Below, piece by piece: positions 1-13,465 of a stretch of 64,000 nucleotides of DNA (its first letter is position 1; every line of letters starts with the position of its first letter). The stretch comes from Heptranchias perlo (taxonomy: Eukaryota): the NCBI RefSeq assembly GCF_035084215.1, contig NC_090340.1, positions 14,570,001 to 14,634,000 on the forward strand, written 5' to 3'. The position numbers were made by a program, and so were the translations under genes. The notes beneath the pieces are model-generated. The model had not been told where the DNA came from and searched no databases. It saw only the letters and a list, made by a program, of their open reading frames with translations.

Positions 1-199
1 ATTGCAATCATGCAGCCTATGAGAAGATAGTGCCTGGTATTACCACCTGTTGTGTTCCAGATGAAGCACACTTGTCTGCATCGGAACCCAGGATTCATCC
101 AGAGTACTTCCTCAACTTCCCCCACAAACCAGAATATTGTCCAATTCATCACCCTTCATGTGCTTTTTAACCGTAATTACAATGGGAGTCCTGTCCTCT

Positions 200-1712
200 T
201 GGAACAGGAGTGGGCCGTTCAGCCTCTCAAGCCAGTTCCATCCTTCATTTAGATCACGGTTGATTTGTACCTTAACTCCATTCACCCATCTTGGTTCTCT
301 AAACATTAATACCCTTACCTAACAAAAATCTATCAATGTCAGTTTTGAAATTTTCAATTGACCCCCAGCCTCAACAGATTTTTGGGCTTGAGAGTTCCAG
401 ATTTTCACGGCTCTTTGTGCGAAGAAGTGCTTCCTGGCTCCACCCCTGAACGGCCTAGCTCTAATTTTAAAGTTGTGTTCCCTTGTTCTAGACTCCCCAC
501 TGGAGGATACAGTTTCACTCTATATACCCTATCAAATCCTTTAATCACCTTAAACATGACAATTAGATCACACCCTTAACCTTCTACACTTGAGGGAATA
601 CAAGCCTAGTTTATGCAACCTGTCATTAGAATTTAACCCTTTTAGCCCAGGTATTATTCTGGTGAATCTACGCTGCACCCCCTCCAAGGCCAAAATATTC
701 CACCTGAGGTGCAGGGCCCAAAACTGAACGCAGCATTCGATGTGGAGTCTAACCAGAGCTTTCAATAACTGTGATATAACTTCCACTCCTTTGTATTCTA
801 CCCACCCTGAGATAAAGGCCAACATTCCATTAACATTTTAAATTATTTCCTGTACCTGTCCTTTAGCTTTTAGTGATTTCTGTACTTGGACCCCTAAATC
901 TCTCTGCTCCTCCACAGTTCCTAGCTTCCCACCATCTAGATAATACTCCGATTTCTCTTTCTTAGGTCCAAAGTGGACGACCTCATACTTCCCCGCATTA
1001 AAATCCATCTGACACAGTTTTACCCACTCACTTTATCAATTTCCCATTGCAACTTTCTTCTCCCATCTATTATATTTACTGTGCCACCTAACTTGGTGTT
1101 GTCAGCAAACTTGGTGTTGTCAGCAAACATACGGCTGTCAATTTCTTCATCGAAATCATTTATAAATATAGTGAAAAGCTGAGGTCCCAAGTACAGATCC
1201 CTGGGGAACACCACTAGTCACATTCTGACAATTTGAATATATATCCATTATTGCTACTCTCTGTCTCCTACCTTGTAACCAATTCCCTATGCATATCCAT
1301 AGGTTCCCTCCAAATCCATGTGCTCTCATTGTTGTTAACAGTCTCTTATGTTGAACCTTGTCGAATGCCTTCTGGAAGTGCATATAAATAACATCCATAG
1401 ACACTCCCTCATCTACCACCTTAGTTACCTCCTCAAAAAATCAACTTGGTTCGTTAGACATGACGTAACCTTTTCAAATGCATGCTGGCTCTCTCTGATC
1501 AGTTCATATTTGTCCAAGTGCTCAGTCACTCTGACCCTAATAACAGATTCTAGTAACTTCCCCACAACGGACGTTAGACTATTAGGCCTATAATTGACTT
1601 GTTTATCTCTTCTACCCTTCTTAAATGATGGAATAACTTTGGCAATTTTCCAATCGAAGGGGACAATTCCTGAATCAAGAGAGTTTTGGAAGATCATCGA
1701 CAATTTCCTCAC
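200..1712 (-). mobile_element. CR1-clade LINE, 5'-truncated, decayed RT/3' part
   Basis: Minus-strand ORF fragments with CR1 RT motifs (YRPNSLTSVVGKLLES, FQKAFDKV, GVPQGSVLG, FADNTK, EGVQRRFTRIIPG); frameshifted; 18-bp tandem duplication near 1090-1128 (FADNTKFADNTK). Confidence 0.9.
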
Positions 1713-2170
1713 CTACTTTTGCCCAGTGTCCTGTCCCTGTGGTGGTTCGAGTAGGGCGTCAATGATGTCACAGCAGGAGAAGAACTACGCAAAATCTTCT
1801 CCATGATCGCCTCCATCCTACAGTTCGAAGGTATAAAACACTGTAATAAGGGATAACGTTAATTAACAGCATTCCTCTTAAAATAGTTATAATTATGAGG
1901 AAATTCTATGTAAAAATCCATCACTGATGCTAAATTCTGTTTACGTTTTAACTAACTGGCCAGAAATTACATTTCGGGATCCCGTATGATCAGCGGAACA
2001 GTGTTGCGTACATGAAGAAATTTCATGGGAGGGATTTAACCAATTCACTATAGCAGAAATGCAGGCGAAATAAAATAAAACGCTCGTTAATGTATTTCGA
2101 AAAACACAACTGCTGTTTGTTCCACATTTAGTATAATGTCGGAAAATATGGAGAATGGAACAGATATACC

Positions 2171-3950
2171 GGGCTCGATTTTACCGTCGGGTTTCCTGTG
2201 GGTTTCCAGCGGGGGGGCCCCTAAAATCCCGATATCCAGGCACGTGACCGGATCGCGCCACGATCCCGCCCACTTCCGGGTTCCCCGATGACGTGCGGGG
2301 GTGCGTGCGTGGCCCCCGCTGGTGGGAATCCCGCAGGCAATTAAAGCCAGCGGGATGCCACTTGAGGTTATTTATTTTGCTTGTTCAGGTCATTAACTGA
2401 CCTGATTAAGGGACTGTGTGTGATTTTGGGGAAACATGGGACTGTTTCACACACTGGGGGAAACAGTCCTAGTTGAACTGGACGTGTTGCAGCCGTCAGC
2501 CTGTGGCAGCTGCAAAGGTCCATTTGACAGGTGGGGGGGGGGGGGGCGGGGAGACCCTCACCCATTGCAGGAGGCCACTCTGTCACTTGGGAGAGAGAGA
2601 GAGAGACGCGTCGCAGAGGGCACTACCCTCGCCACAGGGTCCCCGGACCTCTCAGAGCAGCAGTGCACACGGAGGCGCAGATTCACTCGACATGTAGTCG
2701 TGGAGATCTGCAGGCTCTTTCATGCCAAGCTGCTCCTGGCTGGCCCCAGCACCATCTGCTTACCTGTCGCTGCCAAAGTTACCACTGCCCTCCACAACTT
2801 CTCCTCCGCATCCTTCCAGGGTGCAGCCGGGTACACCGCCGATGTCTCTCAGTCGTCTGTGCGGAAAAGCCCTGCAAATACACCTGCACCTACTCTGCAG
2901 TAACACAATGGGTGGCATCAGTGGTGGGTCCTCATAGTGATACCCAGGAGCGGGCATTATTGGACACAACAGACAGGATTCGCGGAGACATGGCAGTGGT
3001 GGTGCCAATATAATGTGTGATGTTTGTTGCTCTGAAATTCAATATAGGTAACATCCATGGCAAACCCTCAGACACCCTTGTGCATCCCCTTCATGCTCAC
3101 GACACGTTTGCCTTATGCTGCCGACTGCACATATGTGATGCATGCCCTGTGGCTGCAGCACAGGTGGTGGCAGGTTGAGTGAGGCTGGCCGTGAGGGAGA
3201 TGCACGAGAGGGTGAGTATGGGATAGAGCCATGAGATTGTATGAGGATTGGGTTGCGTGTTAGTGGCGGGGTGAGTACTCGCGAGGTGAGTAGGTGCAGG
3301 TAAGATGAGGATGGGGTTTGAGTGGGTATGAGGGGTGATGTGACAGAGTAGTGTTGGCGGTGCCGAAGGAGATGTGGGGTGGGGGCAGTGTTGTGGCAGA
3401 CGGAGTGTAGGGGAAAGACTACGTGTTCTCACAGTGGCTGACCTATTGCGGTCATTGGAGCACCTCCTGCACTGTATGCAGGTGGGCGATATGTTGGTGG
3501 CGCAGGTGTCCGCCTCTGCCACCTCGAGCCAGGCCTTCTTGGTGGCAGAGGCAGGCTGCTTCCTCCCGCCCGCCGGGTGGAAGATCTCTGTTCCCCCCCG
3601 ACTCCTCCTCACCCCATCTGATAATACCTGGGGTGAGGCATCATTAAACTGGGAGCAGCCTTCCCCCTGGGCTGCTCCATGCTGTAATTTGTTCCATTGG
3701 TTGCAGCATCTGTCAGTGGAGGACTGCCCCTTTAACTAGAGAGCTTCCAGCTGACAGATCGTACTGCGCATGCGCAGCCCGCCCGACGCGCAGACCAGCA
3801 GCGCGGACCCCGGGGGAGCAGGTAATTGATTCCAATTAGTGGATTGCCTGGCACGATCGCGCGGGAAACCCACTAATTTCACCGGGCGCGGAGACCACGC
3901 ACCCGAAACCCAACCCGCCGGAAACCCGCAGGCCTGCTAAAATCAGGCCC
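2171..3950. mobile_element. PIF/Harbinger-derived DNA transposon, internally deleted
   Basis: Imperfect TIRs gggctcgatttta (2171) / taaaatcaggccc (ends 3950). The + strand carries a HARBI1-like nuclease N-terminus (DLSEQQC..RF....V.EIC...LPVAAKVTTAL...SFQ, ~2645-2870). The - strand carries a Myb/SANT-like remnant (ASATKKAWLEVAE...CIQCRR, ~3430-3660). The convergent layout is typical of Harbingers. Confidence 0.8.
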
Positions 3951-4936
3951 AACGTCTTAAGGTGGCGCGATTATACATTCTAGATTTTACCACTGGAGAT
4001 GTTAAGAAATGTTACAGGGCAAGTATGTAGTGAAGTCGTGGTTGAATATGGACATTTCATGTTGGTGCATATGCGGCGCTTTTGCAGGATGTTGCAATGA
4101 ACAGAGCTAAATTAAATACTTGAACTGCTGCTGTGGAGAGGCGAACTGATGAGCCATGTTCTTTATTTAGATGGGGAAAGTGGTGCGCTCGTATCACTAC
4201 TAAACAACAAGTTTCAGTACAGCAAAAACAACACGGTCAAAACCTTCGCCATTTGCCTACATTTCATCAGAATACATGATAAGTCGAACATACTGACATT
4301 TCATGCTTCTATATCTGGATTGCGTTATATTCCGGGTTATCAAATTAATTCATAGCCCAAATATGTATTCTCCAGTTTGAAACACTATTATTAGATAAGG
4401 AAATCGATTGTAAAAAAAAACAGAATTATAGGTGAACAGTTGCTGGACATTTACGATATTTTTTCCGACTGTCTCACAGTGGAACACTTGGTATTGTAAG
4501 CATGAGCCCACTTGCTAATGCCGATTGTCATCAGACCCAGATAATTAGGCGATCCACTCTGTTCACCTTATCACCTTTAAATTCAGAGTAATACTGCGTA
4601 TTCAAACGTTACCAACGGGAATATAAGGCTATCAGTCCCGAGTTCGCTTTCAGCCTGGAGGGCTCATTAATACGTCCAAAATGATATCTGAATTATTTGG
4701 TTTATTGACGTCATTGTGCCATCAAACAAGCACACAAAATAGCATTGTCAAATCTGAAGCGATTAAAGTGGGTTTAACCTTATGCTCAGGAACAACAGCC
4801 AATTGGGCACAATTTTAGGTGTGATTTCCTCCCTAAACCTTGCCCAATTTACCTTTTGGGACGGGAAATACAGAGGACTGAATTTATACTGTGGTTTACG
4901 ATCTGCTACTGCAATTAATTTGATCGGACATCGACC

Positions 4937-5240
4937 ATGGGAGTGAAACTCAGCCTTGGCGGGAGCGCAGAATGGGCGATGGTGGATCGGCCACTCGTTG
5001 TGCACCCTGTCAGATTTTCCTTGTCGCAGGAAGTCAAAATCGACCCCAGTGTCCTATTGAAGTATAAATTCGTCTTGTGCATGAGCGCAAATCGGGCGCT
5101 AGCAAATCGTCATTCCGTTTTGCACTTTGCACGATTATTTTCCATTGAAGTAAATGAACCGGAAAATCGGGCCGAGTACAAAAAGTGGTGCCGATTCGCT
5201 ATGGTTCATTTGTGCGCTATCGCTCAAAAGGAATTTATAC
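4937..5240. mobile_element. Short MITE-like palindromic elements (two adjacent)
   Basis: 5062-5240 is bounded by the perfect inverted repeat gtataaattc/gaatttatac with further internal self-complementarity. 4937-5047 resembles the reverse complement of 44232-44356. Confidence 0.55.
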
Positions 5241-5439
5241 CCAGTAGTGAGTCCTGACTCTGATTTCAGGCTACATTTGTATTATAAGTGCAGCGTTCAA
5301 GTCGCTACAAGTGTAATGTGAATGCACCGTAAGAGGTGACTTTTGATAATCTGGGCCACAAGTTTGAGATAGATCTGTAAAGTTATTCCACAGTTCTGAC
5401 AAGTGCAGTTCGTGTCCCTTTATTCAGAAGTTGTCTTGC

Positions 5440-7266
5440 GTGAATTTCAAGGAAAACGCAAAGATGTTTTATAAATACATAAATAGCAAGAGGATAACTA
5501 ATGAAAGAGTAGGGCCTATTCGAGATCAAAAAGGTAACCTGTATGTGAAGGCGGAAGACGTGGGTATGATTCTAAATGAATATTTTGTGTCTGTCTTCAC
5601 AAAAGAGAGGAAGGATAGAGACATTGTAGGTAAGGAGGAGGAGTATGAAATAGTGGATGGGATAAACATAGTGAGAGAGGAAATATTAGGGTGATTAGCA
5701 TCTTTGAAAGTAGATAAATTGCTAGGCCCAGATGAAATGAATCTCAGGCTGTTAAGAGAAGCAAGGGGGGAAATAGCCGAGCTCTGACCATCTTTTTCAA
5801 ATCCACTCTAGCTACTGGCGTGGTGTTGGAGGATTGGCAGACTGCTAATGTACCGTTGTTTAAAAAAGGAGAAAGGGATAGACCAAGTAATTACAGGTCA
5901 GTCAGCCTAATCTCGGTGGCAGGCAAATTATTGGAAAAACTTCTGAGGGACAGTATAAATCGTCATTGAGAAAGGCACAGATTAATCAACGACAGTCAGC
6001 ATGGATTTGTTAAGGGATGGTCGTGTCTGACTAAATTGATTGACTTTTCTGAGGAGGCAACAAGGATGGTCGATGAGGGTAACGCATTTGCTGTAGTGTA
6101 CATGGATGTTAGCAAGGCTTTTGGCAATGCCCCACATTGCAGACTGGTCAGAAAAGTAAAAGCCCATGAGATCCAAGGGAAAGTGGCAAGTCGGATCCAA
6201 AATTGGCATAGTAGCAGGAAGCAAAGAGTAATGGTTGACAGGTGTTTTTGTGACTGGAAGGCTGTTTCCAGTGGGGTTCCACAGGACTCATTACTAGGTC
6301 GGTCCCTTGCTTTTCATGGTATATATCATTGATTTAGACTTAAATATAGGGGGCATGATTAAGAAGTTTGCAGATGATACAAAAATATGGCAAAAGATAT
6401 CAAGGACGGGTCAGGTGGGCAGAAAAGTAGCAAATTAATTTCAATCCAGAGAAGTGTGAGGTAATGCATTTGGGGAGGGCAAACAAGGCAACGGAATACA
6501 CAATAAATGGGAGGATACTGAGAGGTGTAGAGGACGAGAAGAACCTTGGAGTGCATGTCCATGGATCCCTGAAGGTAGCAGGACAGGTAGATAAGATGGT
6601 TAAGAAAGCAAATGGAATACTTCCCTCTTTAGCCAAGAGATTGAATATAAGAGCAGGGAGGTCATGCTAGAACTGTATAAAACACGAGTTAGGCCATAGC
6701 TTGAGTACTGCTTACGGTTCTGCTCACCACATTACAGGACAGATGTGACTGCACTAGAAAGGGTACAGAAGCGATTTATGAGGATGTTGTCAGGAAAGGA
6801 GAATTTTAGCTATGAGGAAAGATTGGATAGGCCGGGGTTGTTTCTTTGGAACTTAGAAGGCTGAGGGGAGATTTAATTGAGGTGTATAAAATTATATGGG
6901 GCCTAGATAGAGTGGACAGGATGGACCTATTTCCCTTAGCAGAGGGGTCAATAACCAGGGGCATAGATTTAAAGTAATTGTTAGAAAGATTAGAGGGGAG
7001 ATGAGGAGAATTCTTTTCACCCAGAGGGTTGGGGGGTGGGGGGGTGGGTGGGTGTCTGGGTCTCACTGCCTGAAAGGATGGTAGAGGCAGAAACCTTCAT
7101 CACATTTAAGAAATACTTGGATATGCACATGAAGAGCGATAACCTACGGACCAAGAGCTGGAAAGTGGGATTAGGCTGGATAGCTCTTTTTTTGGCTGGC
7201 ACAGACACGATAGGCCGAATGGCCTCCTTATGTGCCGTGAATTTCTATGATTCCATGATTCTATGA
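5440..7266 (+). mobile_element. CR1-clade LINE, 5'-truncated
   Basis: ORF2 fragments (KMFYKYINSKR, YFVSVFT, VYMDVSKAF, GVPQ, MHLGRAN) ending in a (ttctatga)-like tandem tail at ~7242-7266. Confidence 0.9.
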
Positions 7267-8661
7267 ATTTGATTCTTAACAACTGGAACTTCCGTAACCA
7301 TCATTTGGATTGGTTGCCTTAAGATAGTAACAGAATATGAAATCAAAACGCAAATGTTAGGTTTTTAATCAATCAAATTATTGCCTCTAGAGCTTTGTGA
7401 TTTGTTTATTTCAGAGTAATGGTACCACGTCTATTTTATTAATCGCTGGAGGATTCCCATTGGCCCTGCTCACCGAATCGGGGGTTCTCGAAGAACAGGG
7501 ATCTAAGGAAAAGTAATTTTAGAATGGAAATTGATTCAGCAGCATTCAGGCAGACCAGGAATCTGGGAGTATTCGGAAGATGAGAGTTTTAAAAGTATTG
7601 GGATGGGGGTCTAGCAGTACTTTGAGTGTCTCGGGATCTGACTGCTTTGAGAGAGTGCCCAAGTATTCTGGGAACACTCAACAGAGAGAGGTAATGGCAA
7701 TAAACTGCAAGGCCTTTCTTACGGGATCTCAGTGAGATGGATGCTGGGTTGTGCTCAGCGTCCGGCAGCAATGGCGGCAGTTCTAGGATCACGGAGCTTT
7801 CGAAATGTAGTTGAGGGGTTTGGGAACACTGAAAGAGAGGGGTGGGCGGTCTCAGATCTGACAGTTTGGTCAGAAATTCCAAGAAGGGGAGCTGTAGGAT
7901 CCAGCTAGACTGAGACAGTAGTTTGGGAACACCGGAGGACAGGACCCGGCAGTATTGGGTGCTGTTGAGATCTGGCAACAATGGGAGAGCAAGGTCTTGC
8001 AACTTTGCAGGGGATGGGGGCCCAGAAGAATAGGACCTAAACTGCCTTTGGTCCCTTTCAAACCATTAGACCCCAACTTACCACTATCTTCCAGGCTTTC
8101 CGCCTGCTCACTCCCAGAGGTCCTTAGGTGCCCTCTATCAATAGACGCGTTGGCAGGCAATCTCTGCTTTAAAGCACCTAAATGTAACTTTTCTGCGTCT
8201 TCCAATTAGTGGGCAGCATGGAGCGGAGGTGACATTTTCAAAATATTCTCCCTCAGCCTATGCCAGGCGCACAAGTGTGAAAAGTTTATCCTTTAGTTTA
8301 TACGCCAGCTTACTAGCCTTTTCATTCCACAGCGGTACTCCCAGTCTTTCAGCCATTTGCACTGTTTCGCCAATGCTTTTGCCCGTCTCCTGCCGACGTT
8401 ATAGCAGATCAGGATAATGAACACGGAATTTCATGGGACAGTCTTTAATAAGCATAACATTTTGGTTGTGGAAACCACAGTCACAAGGTTGCAAATCACA
8501 GGGTCTGTCTCTCACTGGTGTTATCTGAGCAGTTCACAACAGAGAACAGCATCTCTTAATAAATGTTATCACTTTCATGAAATAAATATTTGAGAATTCA
8601 ATCTTAATTTTATTTCAAAGTCTTTTGGAAAAAGCAAAGAAATTCTGAAATCCTCACTGAC

Positions 8662-9770
8662 TTTTTTTATTTGTTCATGGGATGTGGGCGTCGCTGGCGA
8701 GGCCGGCACTTATTGCACATCCCTAATTACCCTTGAGAAGGTGGTGGTGAGCCGCCTTCTTGAACCGCTGTAGTCCGTGTGGTGAAGGTTCTCCCAAAAT
8801 GCTGTTTGGAAGGGAGTTACAGGATTTTGACCCAGCAACGATGAAGGAACGGCGAGAAATCTCCAAGTCGGGATGGTGTGTGACTTGGAGGGGAACGTGC
8901 AGGTGGTGTTGTTCCCATGTGCCTGCTGCTCTTGTCCTTCTAGGTAGTAGAGGTCGCGGGTTTAGGAGGTGCTGTCGAAGAAGCCTTGGCGAGTTGTTGC
9001 AGTGCATCCTGTGGATGGTACACACTGCAGCCACTGTGCGCCGGTGGTGAAGGGAGTGAATGTTTAGGGTGGTGAATGGGGTGCCAATCAAGCGGGCTGC
9101 TTTGTCCTGGATGGTGTCGAGCTTCTTGAGTGTTGTTGGAGCTGCCCTCATCCAGGCAATTGGAGAGTATTCCATCACACTCCTGACTTGTACCTTGCAG
9201 ATGGTAGAAAGGCTTTGGGGAGTCAGGAGGTGAGTCACTCGCCGCAGAATACCCAGCCTCTGACCTGCTCTTGTGGCCATAGTATTTACATGGCTGGTCC
9301 AGTTAAGTTTCTGGTCAATGGTGACCCCCAGGATGTTGATGGTGGGGGATTTGACAATGGTAATGCCGTTGAATGTCAAGGGGCGGTGGTTCGACTCTCT
9401 CTTGTTGGAGATGGTCATTGCCTGGCACACGTCTGGCGCGAATGTTACTTGCCATTTATCAGCCCAAGCCTGGATGTTGTCCAGGTCTTGCTGCATGCGA
9501 GCACCTACTGCTTCATTATCTGAGGGGTTGCAAATGGAACTGAACACTGTGCAAACATCAGCAGACATTCCTATTTCTGACCTTATGATGGAGGGAAGGT
9601 CATTGATGAAGCAGCCGAAGATGGTTGGGCCCAGGACACTGCCCTGAGGAACTCCTGCAGCAATGTCCTGGGGCTGATATGATTGGCTTCCAACAACCTC
9701 CACCATCTTCCTTTGTGCTAGGTATGACTCCAGCCACTGGAGAGTTTTCCCCCGATTCCCATTGACTTCA
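8662..9770 (-). mobile_element. LINE, same family as the element at 26205-29478, 5'-truncated
   Basis: 327-aa ORF (GVPQGSVLGPTIF..FINDL, WADKWQVTF) nearly identical to 28432-29415; A-rich tail reads as T-run at ~8662. Confidence 0.9.
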
Positions 9771-10289
9771 AAGGGACATACCCTCTACTCTTCAATTCCT
9801 GTTGATGCACAGGTAGTATGTTGGGAAATTCTGCAAACTGGGCATATTCAGAACGCAAAAATTACAGGCTGGAAAATGCTGCAAACTACAGAAACTCAGA
9901 ATGCAGAGATGAGGTGAAAGTTTCCTCCAACTGCTGTGAGATAAAAATATCTAGTTGAAGTCTAAGTTTTTGAGATAGGTGACAAACAAAGACTTTAATG
10001 AAGGTTTTAAAGGACACAAGAGTGAATTGAATGGGTAAGTTTAAACAATAGCAAGATTAAGAGATTATCATTTTATTTGTCCTCTGTTAACAGATACAGA
10101 GTTAACATGAAAAGATATCAAAAACTTAAATTTTAATATAAAATTGATTTGCTGATTGAATTCTACACTCTAGTGCTAAAATGTGCTCGGTCTCGGATGG
10201 GTGGTAATATAATAATTACATAACATGCGGCCATTACGGTGCAGTGCGATCAGTATATACCGATAAATTGGTTTCAGTATCTAAAATTG

Positions 10290-13200
10290 TACGCACTTGC
10301 TTCTGTGTACGTGGCTTCTGTTACCCCTTTTAGGATTTTCGCCTGTAGCTCGGAATACTCCGTACTTCTTTCGTTTTTTTTTAGATATCCCCGTTTTCTT
10401 GGAGCAAGTCAATTCTAGAGTCGCCTACGTCGACTTGTCACGGGCTGTTTTTCATCGTGAAGTCACGATTTGGATTGTTAATTGGTTGTTTTACCAGTTT
10501 GTGAATTGCTGGTCAAAGCAGTTATCAGCCTGAGATTAAATACACGGTCAAAGTCAGCACAAGACGAAGTACTCCTCCATCGCATAAATCTGGATGCTCC
10601 ACACGAGTACCCTATTCCTCTCTGAGTGTTTCTCAGTCCTACCTGACCGTACGATGTCCTCTCCTTTTCACATTTACGTCCTGGAGTTTTCTTGTTGCTG
10701 CTTCTCGGTTCTACATAACGTGCGCGTTCCTCTCCTCTTCACGTTTAGGTTGGAGCTTGATTTAGTCTGATCAAATTTAATTCTCACCGCTGCTCCCCGC
10801 ATGGGCTGCAAAGAAAGCATTTTGTTCTGTGGTTATTTTACTGTGCCAGTTTACATACGCCTGGCCAAACATTGATCACCATGACCGGGGCTACAAATAA
10901 AGTGCAGAAACCATAGTGGATACATTTAAATAGGTGAGAAAATGAAGACCGATCACTAGTGCGGTCACTGCAACTGATATTTCAACCTGTCAATATTCAC
11001 ACCACAATACACTGTTACAAACGAGTTGAAATGAGCGACAACATCAGAACATGTCTGTGTAAGGTTATACTCCACACACACGATTTGACGAATCATTAAA
11101 TAGTTTTATCTGGTTACATATTTAACAAACCTAACTTTAATTATGTACTTTTTAACCATCAACAGAAGCAATGTTCCGTTTGCTAAATATTTTTCCTAAT
11201 TTTTTTTATTCGTTCATGGGTTGTGGGTGTCGCTGGCAAGGCCAGCATTTATTGCCCATCCCTATTTGCTCTTGAGAAGGTGGTGGTGAGCCGCCTTCTT
11301 GAACTGCTTCAGTCCGTGCAGTGAAGGTTCTCCCGCAGTGCTGTTAAGAAGGGAGTTCCAGGATTTTGACCCAGTGAGGATGAAGGAATGGTGGTATATT
11401 TCCAAGTCGGGATGGTGTGTGTCTAGCGTGAATGTTACTTGCTACTTACCAGCCCAAGACTGGATGTTGTCCAGGTCTTGCTGCATGCAGGCACGGACTG
11501 CTTCATTATCTGAGGGGTTGCGAATGGAACTGAACACTGTGCAATCATCAGCGAACATCCCCATTTCTGACCTTATGATGGAGGGAAGGTCATTGATGAA
11601 GCAGCTGAAGATGGTTGGGCCTAGGACACTGCCCCGAGGAACTCCTGCAGCAATGTCCTGGGGCTGAGATAATTGGCCTCCAACAACCACTACCATCTTC
11701 CTTTGTGCTAGGTATGACTCCAGCCACTGGAGAGTTTCCCCCCTGATTCCCATTGACTTCAATTTTACAAGGGCTCCTTGGTGCCACACTCGGTCAAATG
11801 CTGCCTTGATGTCAAGGGCTGTCACTCTCACCTTACCTCTGGAATTCAGCTCTTTTGTCCATGTTTGGTCCAAGGCTGTAATGAGATCTTGAGCCGAGTG
11901 GTCCTGGCGGAACCCAAACTGAGCATCGGTGAGCAGGTTATTGGTGAGTAAGTGCCGCTTGATAGCACTGTCAACGACACCTTCCATCACTTTGTTGATG
12001 ATTGAGAGCAAACTGAAGCGGCGGTAATTGGCCGGATTGGATTTGTCCTGCTTTTTGTGGACAGGACATACCTGGGCAATTTTCCACATTGTCGGGTAGA
12101 TGCCAGTGTTGTAGCTGTACTGGAACAGCTTGGCCTGGAGCACAAGTCTGCAGCACTACAGCCGGGATGTTGTCGAGGCCCTTAGCCTTTGCTGTATCCA
12201 GTGCAATCTGCCGTTTCTTGATATCACGTGGAGTGAATCGAATTGGCTGAAGACTGGCTTCTGTGATGGTGGGGATATCGGGAGGAGGCCGAGATGGATC
12301 ATCCACTTGGCACTTCTGGCTGAAGAGGTTGCAAACGCTTCAGCCATGTCTTTTGCACTCACGTGCTGGACTCTGCCATCATTGAGGATGGGGATGTTTA
12401 CAGAGCCTCCTCCTCCCGTTAGCTGTTTAATTGTCCACCACCATTCACGACTGAATGTGGCAGGACTGCAGAGCTTTGATCTGATCCGTTGGTTGTGTAA
12501 TCGCTTAGCTCTGTCCATAGCATGTTGCTTCCGCTGTTTAGCATGCATGTAGTCCTGAGTTGGAGCTTCACCAGGTTGGCACCTCAGTTTTAGGTACGCC
12601 TGGTGCTGTTCCTGGCATGCTCTTCTACACTCCTCATTGAACCAGGGTTGATCCCATGGCTTGTTGACAATTACGATTTGAATCACTCTAGAGGGACAAA
12701 TGCTTTTGTGAGTAAGAGTTGAAGTGTTCTGACATGTTTGTGATAAAATCCCTTCATTTTATAATCTTTTTTCACATTTGAACCTTCTGCCTGGATGAAT
12801 TATATAAGCGTGTCAGTTACCTACCGGTCCCATTAGACTTGCCCGGGAATCAATGGAATTTAATTGAGCAAGTAATTGGAATATTTACTCAATATCCATG
12901 TTCGTGATTTCAAATACATTTTTCTTGTCAGTGGAAAGCCTTGCATCATTCTCAATATCACATTTATCCGACAGCGTTTGTAATCCCGGCCCGTGTAACG
13001 ATCTGCAATCATGAGCAGCCACTCCGGGCTTCACTCATACTAGTTACAGCTCGCAATGGACTGATATTAAAAGTGACGACGTACGAAGGCAGATTTCACA
13101 TATCAACTACTCTAAAATGAATATTTCTGCTCTCACTACCGAGATATTCCGACCCATTTATAATATGATTCTGTGAGGATCGCTACACTTCAAAATGTCT

Positions 13201-13465
13201 AACGTATTGCTGTTTGCTGCAATCGCCAATCGGTGTGCCTGTGGCCCCGGACAACGCTGCTTTCAGTTTTCAGTGATGCACCAGTTCTTCTCCCTTTGTG
13301 TCACCTGGGACCGTCTCGTTCTCCCTCTGAAGTTTTGTAAAAGAAACAACAGTAAACGTAAAACTGTGCGGTATCGCGCCCCGGTGATGATCATAACCAT
13401 TAGAAATGCGAATCTAGAAAATACACACCCTGAAACCCTGACGTAAGAAAGCATACCGCTACAAT
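10290..13465 (-). pseudogene. IgSF receptor copy E: TM exon and cytoplasmic exons only
   Basis: The reverse complement aligns with copy B exons 4-7 and their introns. TM exon starts at 13465 (DCSGMLSYVRVSGCVFSRFAFLMVMIITGARYR) with the donor lost. Exon-5 relic at ~12808-12850. Exon-6 relic at 10643-10796 has AG>GG at the acceptor and an internal duplication. Exon-7 relic has the ITIM Tyr TAC>TAG at 10425-10427. Confidence 0.8.
11200..12672 (-). mobile_element. LINE, same family as 26205-29478; 5'-truncated with internal deletion, inserted in an intron of copy E
   Basis: RT ORFs 11442-12143 and 12156-12686; junction at ~11420 skips part of the C-terminal region; T-run tail at ~11200. Confidence 0.9.

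Noticed and set aside
7560-8440. GC-richer block with several overlapping ORFs, possibly an LTR-retroelement gag relic
   Set aside because: No diagnostic motif or LTR pair recognised.
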